The position numbers and the translations under genes were made by a program. Source: Minisyncoccia bacterium (lineage in GTDB: Bacteria > Patescibacteriota > Minisyncoccia > Phycocordibacterales > UBA918). From it: a stretch of DNA of 64,000 nucleotides. The notes under the pieces are model-generated. The model did no database searches, was not told the DNA's origin, and worked only from the letters and a program-made list of their open reading frames with translations. Below, in pieces: positions 27,554 to 38,130 of the stretch (position 1 is its first letter; the number at the start of each line of letters is the position of its first letter). The stretch is from NCBI GenBank assembly GCA_046598345.1, contig JBKJIT010000003.1:73023-137022 (forward strand), in the 5' to 3' direction.

Positions 27554-28318
27554 ATGAAAAAGGTGGTGCACCCTCTCATTGTCGGAAATTGGAAAATGAA
27601 TCCCCAATCTGTGACTATGGCATCCCGACTTGCAACGGACATTAAGAAAGGACTAGCCCGCCTCCGGGGAGCTGAAGTCGTAATAGCACCACCCTTTGTC
27701 TACCTTGATGCCGTGCGTCGCGTACACGACGGAGGTAAATCATTCACGGTCGGAGCACAAAATGTGCACGAAGAAAATGCAGGCCCACATACCGGAGGCA
27801 TTTCTATTTCTATGATTAAGAGTTTCGAAGTGAGTCATGTGATTGTGGGTCATTCAGAGCGTCGCGCACGAGGAGAGAAGAATACAGATATCAATAAAAA
27901 AATTCATGCGGTCATAAAAGCGGGAATGACCGCGATTGTGTGCGTGGGTGAAGGAAGTCGTGACCCCGAAGGTCACTATCTAGGATTCATTGAGACACAG
28001 GTGCGGGAAGCATGTGCGGGCATCCCGAAATCAAAACTCACACACCTTGTAATTGCGTATGAACCGCTTTGGGCAATAGGGACCGGGAAAAATGCTACAC
28101 CGGAAAATGTGCACGAAGTAAAATTATTTATACAGAAACTGCTTACCGATATGTATGGACGAACTGCGGGCACGCAGGTACGCGTTCTCTATGGTGGATC
28201 GGTGAATCAAAAGAACGCACTCGAGCTCCTCGAAGAGGGACAGGTGGATGGGTTTCTCGTGGGCGGATCAAGTCTCAGTGCTTCTGAGTTTGTAGGAATT
28301 GTGAAGGCTGCACAATAA
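27554..28318 (+). CDS. tpiA: Triosephosphate isomerase
   Basis: VGNWKMN, IVGHSERR, AYEPLWAIGTGK and YGGSV motifs. Confidence 0.92.
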   Translation: MKKVVHPLIVGNWKMNPQSVTMASRLATDIKKGLARLRGAEVVIAPPFVYLDAVRRVHDGGKSFTVGAQNVHEENAGPHTGGISISMIKSFEVSHVIVGHSERRARGEKNTDINKKIHAVIKAGMTAIVCVGEGSRDPEGHYLGFIETQVREACAGIPKSKLTHLVIAYEPLWAIGTGKNATPENVHEVKLFIQKLLTDMYGRTAGTQVRVLYGGSVNQKNALELLEEGQVDGFLVGGSSLSASEFVGIVKAAQ

Positions 28319-28321
28319 TAT

Positions 28322-29458
28322 ATGAGTGGTATTTCTCTCCCGGCAATCACTGATGTAGGAAATCTCCAAGGGAAGCGAGTAATTGTTCGCGCTTCACTCG
28401 ATGTCCCACTTAAGGATGGGATAATTACGAATGGATTCCGCGTACAGCGAGCGCTCCCGACGCTTTCGTTCTTGGTCGGTAAAGGCGCAAGAGTTATTCT
28501 CCTTACCCATATAGGACGAAATCCAGAAACAACGCTCGACCCGCTCATTTCGGTTCTCAGGGACGCACTTCCACTCACGTATGTGCGTGCACTTGAAGGA
28601 GACGTAGTGAACGAGGCCTTGAGGACTCAAGAGAATGGCACCGTTGTGCTTTTAGAAAACCTGAGATCGCAGAAAGGGGAGGAAGAAAATGACAAAGCGT
28701 TTGCAGCTCTCCTCGCGTCCTACGGCGACATGTACGTGAACGATGCGTTTGCGGTGTCACATCGAGCACACGCTTCTATCGTGGGAATTCCAGAGCATAT
28801 TCCAAGCTTCGCAGGGATTACCTTTCTCGAGGAGTATGAAGCACTTGGGCGTGTTGGCGAACCACTTCCACCATCCCTTTTTATTTTAGGTGGCGCAAAG
28901 TTTGAAACGAAGGAGCCACTTATTGAACGATACGCAGAAACGTACTCGACGGTTTTTATTGGAGGTGCACTTGCGAATGATTTCTTAAAAGCAAAAGGGT
29001 TTCAGGTGGGGAAGTCGCTCCTTTCCTCAGTTGATCTAGGTACGCATGCACTCATGCAAAGGGGAAATATCCTCCTTCCAATTGATGTCGTGGTGCAAGG
29101 GGAGTCTGGAATGCGAACGACCGTTCCTGCTGACGTGAAAGAAGACGAACACATTTTCGATATAGGTCCGGAGACCATTAAGTTGCTTGCACCTCATATT
29201 GCTTCAGCAAAAAATATTTTATGGAATGGACCACTCGGATATTACGAAGGTGGTTTTGATGTAGCAACAAAGGCATGCGCGGCACTCGTTGCCGCAAGCG
29301 AAGCGCATTCGGTAATTGGAGGTGGCGACACAGTAGCAACAATTGAGTCACTCAATCTCACGAGTTCATTCGACTTTATTTCTACGGCGGGTGGTGCGAT
29401 GCTTACCTTCCTAGAAAAGGGCACCCTACCTGGAATTGAGGCGCTCATTCGAAAGTAG
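28322..29458 (+). CDS. pgk: Phosphoglycerate kinase
   Basis: Canonical PGK layout and motifs (RASLDVPL, GGGDT...). Confidence 0.9.
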   Translation: MSGISLPAITDVGNLQGKRVIVRASLDVPLKDGIITNGFRVQRALPTLSFLVGKGARVILLTHIGRNPETTLDPLISVLRDALPLTYVRALEGDVVNEALRTQENGTVVLLENLRSQKGEEENDKAFAALLASYGDMYVNDAFAVSHRAHASIVGIPEHIPSFAGITFLEEYEALGRVGEPLPPSLFILGGAKFETKEPLIERYAETYSTVFIGGALANDFLKAKGFQVGKSLLSSVDLGTHALMQRGNILLPIDVVVQGESGMRTTVPADVKEDEHIFDIGPETIKLLAPHIASAKNILWNGPLGYYEGGFDVATKACAALVAASEAHSVIGGGDTVATIESLNLTSSFDFISTAGGAMLTFLEKGTLPGIEALIRK

Positions 29459-29469
29459 AAAGTTCTAGT

Positions 29470-29946
29470 ATGGAAAAAATCAGTACCACGCTCATATTCC
29501 TTATTCGTGAACACGAGCTATGTCTTGCAATGAAGAAGCGTGGTTTTGGTATGGGTAATTGGAATGGGTACGGTGGAAAAGTAGATCCTCCTGAATCACT
29601 CGTGGAGTGTGCTGTGCGGGAAACATTTGAAGAGTCCGGTGTGGTTGTTACACCAGTAGATCTCGAGCAGGTTGCATTCAATGAGTTTTTTCTCGCGAGT
29701 GGTACACATATTGAAGTGACAATTTATTTTGCGCGCAGATGGAAAGGAGAGCCTTTTGAAACTGAAGAAATGTCACCGAAGTGGTTTTCCTTTAATTCGA
29801 TTCCCTACGAAACAATGTGGGCCGATGACCCCTACTGGCTCCCTCGATGTATCTTGGGGGAAAAGATTCGCGGGAGGGCTTCGTTCCTTCCTGATGAAAA
29901 AACGATTACAGAAATGGAATGGCAGCGCGTCAGTTCATGGGATTAA
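29470..29946 (+). CDS. NUDIX hydrolase (MutT/NUDT1-like)
   Basis: Nudix box GGKVDPPESLVECAVRETFEESGV. Confidence 0.8.
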   Translation: MEKISTTLIFLIREHELCLAMKKRGFGMGNWNGYGGKVDPPESLVECAVRETFEESGVVVTPVDLEQVAFNEFFLASGTHIEVTIYFARRWKGEPFETEEMSPKWFSFNSIPYETMWADDPYWLPRCILGEKIRGRASFLPDEKTITEMEWQRVSSWD

Positions 29947-30335
29947 GCCAGGTTTGCTTTAATTTTTTCTGATTCTCGAAGAAGGACAATGTCTTCGGCC
30001 GCCTCTCCCGCATGTCGTTTAAAGTCAGATTCATCCATTATTGGATACAGCTTGATATGAGTATGTGGTACTTCAAACCCTTCAACAACCATGCACGTGC
30101 GTAGCGGTGTGTACGTTGCGTCGAGTGCGTGTACTACACGTTTCGTTACTTGTAACAGGTGTTCGTAGGTATGATCAGGAGTTGTAAACAGATACTCTGT
30201 ATGTTCTTTTGGTATGACGAGCACTTGTCCCTGGACGATTGGAAATTTATCCATCACCACGATACATAGGTCATCTTCGTACACGAATTGTGCTGGTATT
30301 TCCCTTGCGATGATTTTGTCAAAAATGTCTTGCAT
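29943..30335 (-). CDS. HIT family hydrolase
   Basis: Histidine triad EVPHTHIKL. Confidence 0.8.
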   Translation of the reverse strand: MQDIFDKIIAREIPAQFVYEDDLCIVVMDKFPIVQGQVLVIPKEHTEYLFTTPDHTYEHLLQVTKRVVHALDATYTPLRTCMVVEGFEVPHTHIKLYPIMDESDFKRHAGEAAEDIVLLRESEKIKANLA

Positions 30336-30508
30336 ATATAAAGAATGAGTGGATTTGAGTGCAGTTCGAGGTGGTGCGAAGCTTGCGACTAAACAATAGT
30401 AAACCTATTGTGCATGAAGCAAATGAGCAATGCAACGATGAAATGTGCCAAATGCACTCATTCTGGTCATGATGCCATAGCGATGAAGCATGGTAAAATC
30501 ACTCCACT

Positions 30509-32230
30509 ATGGCAGGAAAGCGTACGTACGCACTCTACGAAGCGAGTGCTGAAAAAGAGAGTTTGCTCGCGTACACGCCACTCATGCAGCAACTTCTCCT
30601 AAATCGGGGTATAACGAATGCGGAAGATGCCGAGAAGTTTCTGCATCCCAATTATGACGCACACCTGCATGACCCGTTTCTCTTTACCGATATGGAACGT
30701 GCGGTAGGACGGATACTTTTGGCAGTAAAAAACAATGAGCACATTGTGATTTACACCGATTATGACTGTGATGGAATTCCAGGCGGCGTCGTACTCCACG
30801 ATTTTTTTACCGCTATCGGGTACACAAATTTTGAAAATTACATTCCCCACCGTCACCACGAAGGGTATGGGTTCAACGCTGCATCGGTTTCGCAATTTAA
30901 AGAGCGGGACGCGAAACTCATCATCACCGTTGATTGCGGCATTGTTGATCACGAAGCTGCGACGCGGGCAAAAGAAGAAGGAATTGATGTCATCATTACT
31001 GACCACCACGAACCAAGTGACACGCTCCCTGATGCGTACGCAGTCATTAACCCAAAACGCGACGATGCGTATCCGTTCAAAGGCATATGCGGTACAGGTG
31101 TTGCGTTCAAGCTAGCCCAAGCAGTACTGACTCGAGGAAGAGAACAGGGAACGATCACGCTCAAAGAAGGTCTGGAGAAATGGTGGCTCGACATGGTTGG
31201 TCTTGCGACGATTGCTGATATGGTGCCACTTCGAGACGAAAACCGAGTGCTCGCGCATTACGGGCTCTCTGTCCTTCGAAAATCAAATCGTCCAGGGCTT
31301 CAGCAACTCCTCAAAAAATCTGGGGGTAGCCAGAGACATCTTACGGAAGATGATATTGGATTCACTATTGCTCCAAGGATTAATGCCGCTTCACGCATGG
31401 ATAATCCAGAGGATGCGTTTCACATGCTTCGTACGAGAGACGTGCTCGATGCTGATATACGAGCAACGCATCTTGAGAAACTAAACAACGAGCGAAAGGG
31501 CGTTGTTGCAGCAATGTCGAAGGAAGTTAAAAAACGAATTGAGGCGCAGGAAAGTGTGCCGAGCGTAATTGTGATGGGGAATCCTGAGTGGCGGCCGTCC
31601 CTTGTTGGGCTTGTGGCGAATTCGCTCATGGAAGAATACCGACGCCCTGTGTTTCTTTGGGGGCGGGACGGCCGCGGCATTATCAAAGGATCGTGTCGAA
31701 GTGATGGGTCGCCAAGTACACTCAACCTTATGGAAGCAGTAAAAGACTCCTTTTTATTTTATGGAGGTCACCATGGTGCGGGTGGTTTCGCGGTGAGTGA
31801 TGATGGTATTTTCACACTTGGTGACTCGCTGAATTCCGCATATGAAACGTTCAACACGGAACTAGGAAGTGCGGAAGAAACATACGTCGACGCAGACATC
31901 TCACTTATTGATATCAATGACGGACTCTTGCGCACACTTCGTGATCTCTCGCCGTTTGGAGAAGGAAATCCAAAACCACTCTTTAGACTGAATAATATTG
32001 TTCCCGAAAAAGTACAAAGTTTTGGAAGTACGAAGAATCACACAAAACTTATTTTTAATGCAGGTAGAAAAGATATCGAAGCAATCGCTTTCTTTAAAAC
32101 TCCAGAACAATTTGATCTCATGCCGGTAGCAGACAGGGCACTCACGCTTATCGCACATGTGGAGCAGTCGTATTTTATGGGCAGGATGCAGACGCGTTTA
32201 CGAATCGTTGATATCATAGAAACACAATGA
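30509..32230 (+). CDS. recJ: Single-stranded-DNA-specific exonuclease RecJ
   Basis: DHH motifs (DYDCDGI, ITDHH) and a DHHA1 domain. Confidence 0.88.
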   Translation: MAGKRTYALYEASAEKESLLAYTPLMQQLLLNRGITNAEDAEKFLHPNYDAHLHDPFLFTDMERAVGRILLAVKNNEHIVIYTDYDCDGIPGGVVLHDFFTAIGYTNFENYIPHRHHEGYGFNAASVSQFKERDAKLIITVDCGIVDHEAATRAKEEGIDVIITDHHEPSDTLPDAYAVINPKRDDAYPFKGICGTGVAFKLAQAVLTRGREQGTITLKEGLEKWWLDMVGLATIADMVPLRDENRVLAHYGLSVLRKSNRPGLQQLLKKSGGSQRHLTEDDIGFTIAPRINAASRMDNPEDAFHMLRTRDVLDADIRATHLEKLNNERKGVVAAMSKEVKKRIEAQESVPSVIVMGNPEWRPSLVGLVANSLMEEYRRPVFLWGRDGRGIIKGSCRSDGSPSTLNLMEAVKDSFLFYGGHHGAGGFAVSDDGIFTLGDSLNSAYETFNTELGSAEETYVDADISLIDINDGLLRTLRDLSPFGEGNPKPLFRLNNIVPEKVQSFGSTKNHTKLIFNAGRKDIEAIAFFKTPEQFDLMPVADRALTLIAHVEQSYFMGRMQTRLRIVDIIETQ

Positions 32231-32907
32231 AGCAGGTAACCATTTACTGTGACGGAAGTTCGATTGGGAATCCTGGCCCTGGTGGTTGGGGTGCGGTTGT
32301 GGCAGACCAGGCACGAGTAAAAGAAATGGGTGGATTCCAAATGCACACCACCAACAATAGAATGGAACTTACCGCGGCGATTGAATCACTGAAACTTATT
32401 CGAACGCCCGCACACATTACGATCCATACCGATTCACAGTACGTGATTAACGGGATAACGAAGTGGGTGTTTGGATGGGAACAGAAAGGATGGATCACTG
32501 CCGGAAAAACTGAAGTACAAAATAAAGATCTCTGGCAGGCACTCGTGAAAGCAGTTTCAAAACACGATGTGATGTGGAAGCATGTGAAGGGACATGCAGG
32601 TGTTCCACAAAACGAGCGTGCTGATCAGATTGCAAATGGTTTCGCGCGAAAAGAAAAAGTAGAATTGTTTTACGGTTCACTCGCGAAGTACAAAGCATTT
32701 GTTGCGACGCTCCCTAAACCGCGTGTCGTTTCTTCGTCTGCAAAAAAGAAAGGCAAAGCATTTTCGTACGTGTCACTCGTTGAAGGAAAAGTTATGACGC
32801 ACACGACATGGATAGAGTGTGAGAAACGAGTGAAAGGAAAGAAAGCAAAATTTAAAAAGGTGTTTTCAAAAGAAGAGGAAGAGTCACTTCGGCGAGAGTG
32901 GTCGTAA
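32227..32907 (+). CDS. rnhA: Ribonuclease HI with a Lys-rich C-terminal extension
   Basis: IYCDGSSIGNPGPGGWGAV...TNNRMELTAAIESL...HTDSQYV...VKGHAGVPQNERADQIA, then a ~70-aa basic tail. Confidence 0.88.
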   Translation: MKQVTIYCDGSSIGNPGPGGWGAVVADQARVKEMGGFQMHTTNNRMELTAAIESLKLIRTPAHITIHTDSQYVINGITKWVFGWEQKGWITAGKTEVQNKDLWQALVKAVSKHDVMWKHVKGHAGVPQNERADQIANGFARKEKVELFYGSLAKYKAFVATLPKPRVVSSSAKKKGKAFSYVSLVEGKVMTHTTWIECEKRVKGKKAKFKKVFSKEEEESLRREWS

Positions 32908-32909
32908 TT

Positions 32910-32941
32910 AAAAAAAGCCCCGAGCGAAACGCTCGGGGCTC
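32910..32941 (+). terminator. Hairpin terminator after rnhA
   Basis: aaaaaaagccccgagcgaaacgctcggggct. Confidence 0.65.
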
Positions 32942-33023
32942 CTCTCAGTTATCGTATCCGCCAGCACCCTCTCACTAAAAAGAAAATGGATCAATCGAGT
33001 GTTGCGTGTGTCATAATTTATAG

Positions 33024-34613
33024 ATGAATGGGGTTTTCTTCTACACCATAAGTATCGCGTTTGCGAGCGGAATTTTGTTTCGCTCATTTTTATATATAGA
33101 GTGGGGAACCCTATTCTTTTTTATTCTTGTTGCAGGTGCGGCAACAGTGTTGTGGGTGCGAAGTAGGCGTGAGCCCTCCTCTCCGTTCCTTCTTCTAGCA
33201 GTCACAATCTTCTGTTTCACACTAGGCGCTCTCCGGTTTGATGTAAGTAACACACTACATGAGGAGCTTGAAGCACGTGTTGGAGAAAAAATATATGTGG
33301 AGGGAATCATTGCTCGCGAACCGGAGGTTCGCGAGTCGTCTACACATCTCTACGTACGACTCGAAGAAACTGACGAACTTATTTTGGTGAGTGCGGACCG
33401 ATTTCAGCCGTTTGCGTACGGGGAACGAATTGCAATCGAGGGTGTTCTCAAGAAGCCAGAAGCGTTTGAAACTGAATACGGAAGAACATTTGATTACCCA
33501 GGGTATCTGCGAGCGAAAGGTGTGTCATATATGATTTCCTACGGAAAGGTGGAAGTCACGGAAAGTGGACAAGGGAATTCTTTTCTTGCTGCGCTCTTTA
33601 AAGGAAAACAACGTTTCACAGAAGCAATCGAAGCGGCAATTCCAGAACCCGAGTCGGGACTGGGACTCGGGCTTCTTCTTGGTGCGAAACGTGCACTGGG
33701 AGAAGATTTAGAAAATGCCTTTAGGCGTGTGGGGATTATTCATATTGTCGTACTGTCGGGGTATAACATCATGCTTGTCGCGGAGGCGATCATGCGCCTC
33801 CTTTCGTCTTTCTTTCGTCCGAGGATGCGGATGCTCATTGGCATAATCGCCATCATATGTTTTGCGATTCTCGTCGGACTTTCCGCGACCGTCGTACGCG
33901 CAACGATTATGGCTGCGCTCGTTCTTGTTGCGCGCACGACGGGGCGTCAATATGCGGTCATGCGTGCACTCATGATTACGGGGCTTTGTATGCTCCTCAT
34001 CAATCCATACCTTCTTGCGTTTGATCCAGGATTTCAACTCTCGTTTCTCGCAACGATGGGACTCATTCTCGTGTCTCCAATTATTGAAGCGAGACTTATT
34101 ACAGTTCCGACACGATTTCAAATACGTGAGTTTTTAACAGCAACACTTTCTACACAAATTTTTCTCCTGCCATTTCTCACGTACCTCATCGGTACGTTCT
34201 CAGTGGTTTCCGTCCTCGTGAATGTGCTCGTACTGCCGGTCGTACCGGTCGCCATGTTCCTCGCTTTCATGACCGGGATTATTTCCGTGCTCATTCCAGC
34301 ACTGGGAGTTATTGTGGCACTTCCCGCGTCCGCATTCTTGGGCTACATTATTTTTCTTGCAGAACAATTTTCGCGACTTCCGTTTGCATCATTTTCAGTT
34401 CCGCAATTTTCTTTTTTGATTGTGGTGCTTTCCTATGTTGCGATTGCATTTGGGATTTTCTATCTCACACAAAAAAAGAAAGACGAATCAATGGCCTCTC
34501 AAAATGCTTCCCCCGGATCGTTTGACGATTGGACAATTATTGATGAGAACGAAACCCTGAAAAGCGAACAAGTTCCTTCTGCGAGTGCTTCAGGGTCTTT
34601 CCCATTTCGCTAA
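33024..34613 (+). CDS. comEC: ComEC/Rec2 competence channel protein (membrane domains only)
   Basis: A DUF4131-like N-terminus and a competence domain (GLGLGLLLGAKRALGEDLENAFRRVGIIHIVVLSGYNIML). There is no C-terminal metallo-beta-lactamase domain. Confidence 0.8.
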   Translation: MNGVFFYTISIAFASGILFRSFLYIEWGTLFFFILVAGAATVLWVRSRREPSSPFLLLAVTIFCFTLGALRFDVSNTLHEELEARVGEKIYVEGIIAREPEVRESSTHLYVRLEETDELILVSADRFQPFAYGERIAIEGVLKKPEAFETEYGRTFDYPGYLRAKGVSYMISYGKVEVTESGQGNSFLAALFKGKQRFTEAIEAAIPEPESGLGLGLLLGAKRALGEDLENAFRRVGIIHIVVLSGYNIMLVAEAIMRLLSSFFRPRMRMLIGIIAIICFAILVGLSATVVRATIMAALVLVARTTGRQYAVMRALMITGLCMLLINPYLLAFDPGFQLSFLATMGLILVSPIIEARLITVPTRFQIREFLTATLSTQIFLLPFLTYLIGTFSVVSVLVNVLVLPVVPVAMFLAFMTGIISVLIPALGVIVALPASAFLGYIIFLAEQFSRLPFASFSVPQFSFLIVVLSYVAIAFGIFYLTQKKKDESMASQNASPGSFDDWTIIDENETLKSEQVPSASASGSFPFR

Positions 34614-34688
34614 GGTATTACATTGGCGCAGCGGTGCATGTTTCAAAAAAGGCCTGCGTGAACGCAGGCCTTTTTTGAATGCATACCT

Positions 34689-35285
34689 TTATCCAATCGC
34701 GTCAAATCGTTTTTCTGCAACGCTCCAGTTTGTGTTCTTGAGAAACGCTTCAATGTAATTTTTCTTTTCTGCAGGAACGTAGTCAACCATGAACGCGTGT
34801 TCCCACATATCCATCGCGAGAATAATCGGAAGACTTCCGAGCTGTCCAATTTCGTGATCGCTGACCCACGACACGTGTGGTGTGTTGCCCACAGGATCAT
34901 GGTAGAGAATTGTCCAACCAATGCCGCGACTCATGCCAACTTGCGTGAGGTGTGCGATGAACGCATCTGTCGATCCATATTTTTCGGTCAGCGCCTTTCC
35001 TACGTTTGAATCGGCGTTAAGGACTGATGCACCACCTTCAAATTGTTTGAAGTAGTACTCATGCATGCGCATGCCGTTAAATTCAAACCCGAGACGACGG
35101 CGAGTCTCCATGATTGCGAATGCGAATTTTTCTTTGTCGGCTGCTTCAAGATCTTGAATCTGCTCACGAAGTACGTTTACATGCTTTACGTATCCTTCGT
35201 AGAGTGCAATGTGTACTTTAATTTGTTTTTCAGAAAGTCCATCAAGTGTGGGGAGGTCAAACGTTTGCGGTGAGTAGGTGTGCAT
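34689..35285 (-). CDS. sodA: Fe/Mn superoxide dismutase
   Basis: C-terminal DMWEHAFMVDY metal-ligand motif, and an N-terminal helical domain with the expected His residues. Confidence 0.88.
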   Translation of the reverse strand: MHTYSPQTFDLPTLDGLSEKQIKVHIALYEGYVKHVNVLREQIQDLEAADKEKFAFAIMETRRRLGFEFNGMRMHEYYFKQFEGGASVLNADSNVGKALTEKYGSTDAFIAHLTQVGMSRGIGWTILYHDPVGNTPHVSWVSDHEIGQLGSLPIILAMDMWEHAFMVDYVPAEKKNYIEAFLKNTNWSVAEKRFDAIG

Positions 35286-35379
35286 ACTAAAAGAAAGCTA
35301 AAGAATAATGTTGGAAGCTATTATACCATTTTCCCCTTCATGAGCGATTCCGCGCGCGCTGGGAGCATACAATAGAGTC

Positions 35380-36240
35380 ATGCCTGCTCGCTCTCTTAAA
35401 GTCGCATTCCTTCTCGTACTTACCATTCTCATTATTGGAATTTTTTGGAGTTATGAACGAGCAGATAGCGGTGGCCTCTTAAAAGTTGTCTTTCTCGATG
35501 TGGGGCAAGGTGACGCAATCTTTATTGAATCGCCGAGCGGTAGACAAATCCTCATCGACGGCGGGGGAACTGAAGTGGTGCAGCGGCAACTCAGGAAACA
35601 CCTTGGCTTTTTTGATCGTGATCTCGATATGGTCGTGGCGACACATCCTGACCAGGATCACATTGGTGGACTGGTTTCAGTATTAAAGCGATATCGCGTG
35701 CAGTCGATTCTTCTCACTGAAAATAAAAATGATACACCTGTGGCCGATATGTTTCTCAAGGGAGTTCAGGGAGAGGGAGCAACCATTCATTATGCGCGTG
35801 CTGGGCAAGTGTATGACTTGGGGGTAGGCGAGCGAGGAAGCACGACACTCCGCATTCTTTTTCCAGATTATGATCCGACTGAACTTGAAAGCAATACGTC
35901 ATCTATTATTGCCAAACTTACGTACGGCTCAATCGACTTCATGCTCACGGGAGACTCTCCGATTGCGATAGAAGAATACTTAGTCGAACAAGGTATTCCG
36001 CTTCAAAGTGAGGTGTTGAAGGCTGGACATCATGGGTCTCGCACCTCATCGTCTGCAGAATTTGTAGCTGCTGTCGCGCCACAGTTCGCGGTGATTTCTT
36101 CTGGGAAAGATAATCGGTATGGGCATCCACACAAGGAAGTAACAAAGGTACTTACCGATGCGGGAGTCGCAATAAAAAATACCGCCCTTTTGGGCAGCAT
36201 TTCTTTTGAATCCGACGGAGTTACTTTTTGGGCCCGCTAA
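35380..36240 (+). CDS. Metallo-beta-lactamase fold protein, ComEC C-terminal-domain-like
   Basis: VVFLDVGQGDAIFIESP...HPDQDHIGG...GHHGS, matching the ComEC/Rec2 beta-lactamase domain. N-terminal signal/TM helix. Confidence 0.75.
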   Translation: MPARSLKVAFLLVLTILIIGIFWSYERADSGGLLKVVFLDVGQGDAIFIESPSGRQILIDGGGTEVVQRQLRKHLGFFDRDLDMVVATHPDQDHIGGLVSVLKRYRVQSILLTENKNDTPVADMFLKGVQGEGATIHYARAGQVYDLGVGERGSTTLRILFPDYDPTELESNTSSIIAKLTYGSIDFMLTGDSPIAIEEYLVEQGIPLQSEVLKAGHHGSRTSSSAEFVAAVAPQFAVISSGKDNRYGHPHKEVTKVLTDAGVAIKNTALLGSISFESDGVTFWAR

Positions 36241-36391
36241 CTCGAGATATCATACAAACTAAGCTTCAAAAGAACTTTTCGGAAAGCTTCAGATGCTAGG
36301 CGTCGAGGAGCGAAAAAAGAAGCCGTATTTCCTATACGGTGACTGTTTGAGCGACGAAGATAACAACGCAGATGAGGTTTTGTGAAGAGTT

Positions 36392-36646
36392 CTAGATGAG
36401 GTTTGCTTTCTTCAAGGTCGCATAAGCCCCATTCTTTGCAATAGTTCGAAGTGCTTTTGCTGAAACCTTAACTACTACGGACTTTCCGATTTCAGTTACG
36501 AAGATCCGCTTCTTTTGGAGATTAGCCTGGCGGCGAACCTTTCCGCACGGATTAAACTGCGTCGCACGAGTGCGGTTTGAGTAACGTCCCCCTACCTGGG
36601 AGCCCTTGCCGGTTATTTCACAAATTCGAGCCATAATGCGCGACAT
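36392..36646 (-). CDS. rpmB: 50S ribosomal protein L28
   Basis: MSRIMARICEITGKGSQVGGRYSNRTRAT...VKVSAKALRTIAKNG, the bL28 pattern. Confidence 0.8.
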   Translation of the reverse strand: MSRIMARICEITGKGSQVGGRYSNRTRATQFNPCGKVRRQANLQKKRIFVTEIGKSVVVKVSAKALRTIAKNGAYATLKKANLI

Positions 36647-36736
36647 CGTACCACATCACCTATTTTATGCAAAGGGGAGAGCAAGCGGTTAGCCCTCACT
36701 CGACTTATGGAAAACCATGGATGAGTAAGGTACTAT

Positions 36737-37384
36737 GTGCAAATGGGAATTGAAATAGCCATCATCGTCGTCCTTATCCTCTCCATTGTGCTCCACGAGG
36801 TGTCCCATGGATATGCAGCAAATGCGCTGGGGGACCCGACGGCACGCCTCGCTGGTCGCTTAAGTCCGAACCCTATTCGACATATTGATCCCGTTGGATC
36901 GATACTTGTGCCAGCGCTCCTTTTCTTCTCTGGAACGGGACTTCTTTTTGGATGGGCAAAGCCAGTGCCGTATAATCCGTACAATCTGAGCAATCAACGG
37001 TGGGGGGATGCGATTGTCGCTGCGGCAGGCCCGCTGACGAATCTCCTCCTTGCACTTATTTTTGCACTTATTTTGCGGGGGGCTGGAGCACTCGATCTAT
37101 CTCCCTCATTTCTCGAGCTTGCAAAATATATAGTGTACATAAATATTCTGCTTGCCCTTTTTAATTCAATCCCGATTCCTCCACTCGATGGATCGAAGGT
37201 TCTCGAGTCGATTCTTCCCTATAGTGCAAAACTTAAATACAAGGCGTTTGGGGATTTGATTAGCCGCTTTGGAATCATTGGGAGTTTTGTATTTGTGTAT
37301 ATTTTTATAAAAATCTTCTGGGGGCCGTTCAGTGTTCTGCTCGGATGGATTTTTGAGCTCTTTACGGGAATGCGTGCATTTTGA
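36737..37384 (+). CDS. Site-2 protease family (M50) membrane metalloprotease
   Basis: HEVSHGYAA zinc motif (HExxH) in a TM helix, plus multiple TM segments and a second LDGS-type motif. Confidence 0.7.
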   Translation: MQMGIEIAIIVVLILSIVLHEVSHGYAANALGDPTARLAGRLSPNPIRHIDPVGSILVPALLFFSGTGLLFGWAKPVPYNPYNLSNQRWGDAIVAAAGPLTNLLLALIFALILRGAGALDLSPSFLELAKYIVYINILLALFNSIPIPPLDGSKVLESILPYSAKLKYKAFGDLISRFGIIGSFVFVYIFIKIFWGPFSVLLGWIFELFTGMRAF

Positions 37385-37625
37385 CGTATTTCGAGAAAGA
37401 TCTATGATGGTGGATAGATATGAACACCCGTCTCGAGGGGACTATTCGGGAAAAGGCCCTCAGAGACCATGGGAACCAGACCTTTTTCTGCTAGGGGATA
37501 GTAGAAGATTGATACCCCGACCCAGAAACCCCGGGCGCTACGCGCGCCCGGGGCATTCTATTTCACCCTTGCTTGCATATTCCGGCTAATATAGTAGAGT
37601 ACACGCACTTGAAATATAGAAATAA

Positions 37626-38045
37626 ATGGCAACAATCAATCAATTAGCACGAAAGAAGCGACGAAACCCGGTTACGAAGAGTAAGACGGGTGCTTTGCAT
37701 TCCGGTTTTGATAAGATCAAGAACCGACCAAACTCATACAACTCACCTTTTAAGCGAGGTGTGTGTACGCGCGTGACCACGAAGACTCCTCGTAAGCCAA
37801 ACTCTGCGATTCGAAAGATTGCGCGTGTGCGTCTCACGAACGGGTATGAAATTACTGCGTACGTACCGGGTATTGGCCACACGCTCCAGGAACACTCAGT
37901 TGTTCTAGTTCGTGGAGGACGTGTAAAGGACATTGGAGTTCAATACACCATCGTTCGTGGTAAGTACGACGCAACCGGCGTAAATAATCGTCTTAATGGA
38001 CGATCACGCTATGGAGCGAAGCGACCAAAGGCAGGAAAGAAATAA
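37626..38045 (+). CDS. rpsL: 30S ribosomal protein S12
   Basis: KRGVCTRV...[10 protein letters not shown]...[19 protein letters not shown], with about a 12-aa insertion near the N-terminus. Confidence 0.93.
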   Translation: MATINQLARKKRRNPVTKSKTGALHSGFDKIKNRPNSYNSPFKRGVCTRVTTKTPRKPNSAIRKIARVRLTNGYEITAYVPGIGHTLQEHSVVLVRGGRVKDIGVQYTIVRGKYDATGVNNRLNGRSRYGAKRPKAGKK

Positions 38046-38130
38046 TTAATTAATAGTCTATATTCGCTAGAGATATCTCAGCGCTCCTACGAAAGTAGGG
38101 AGCAAGCATGCGAAGAATAAAATATACAAT

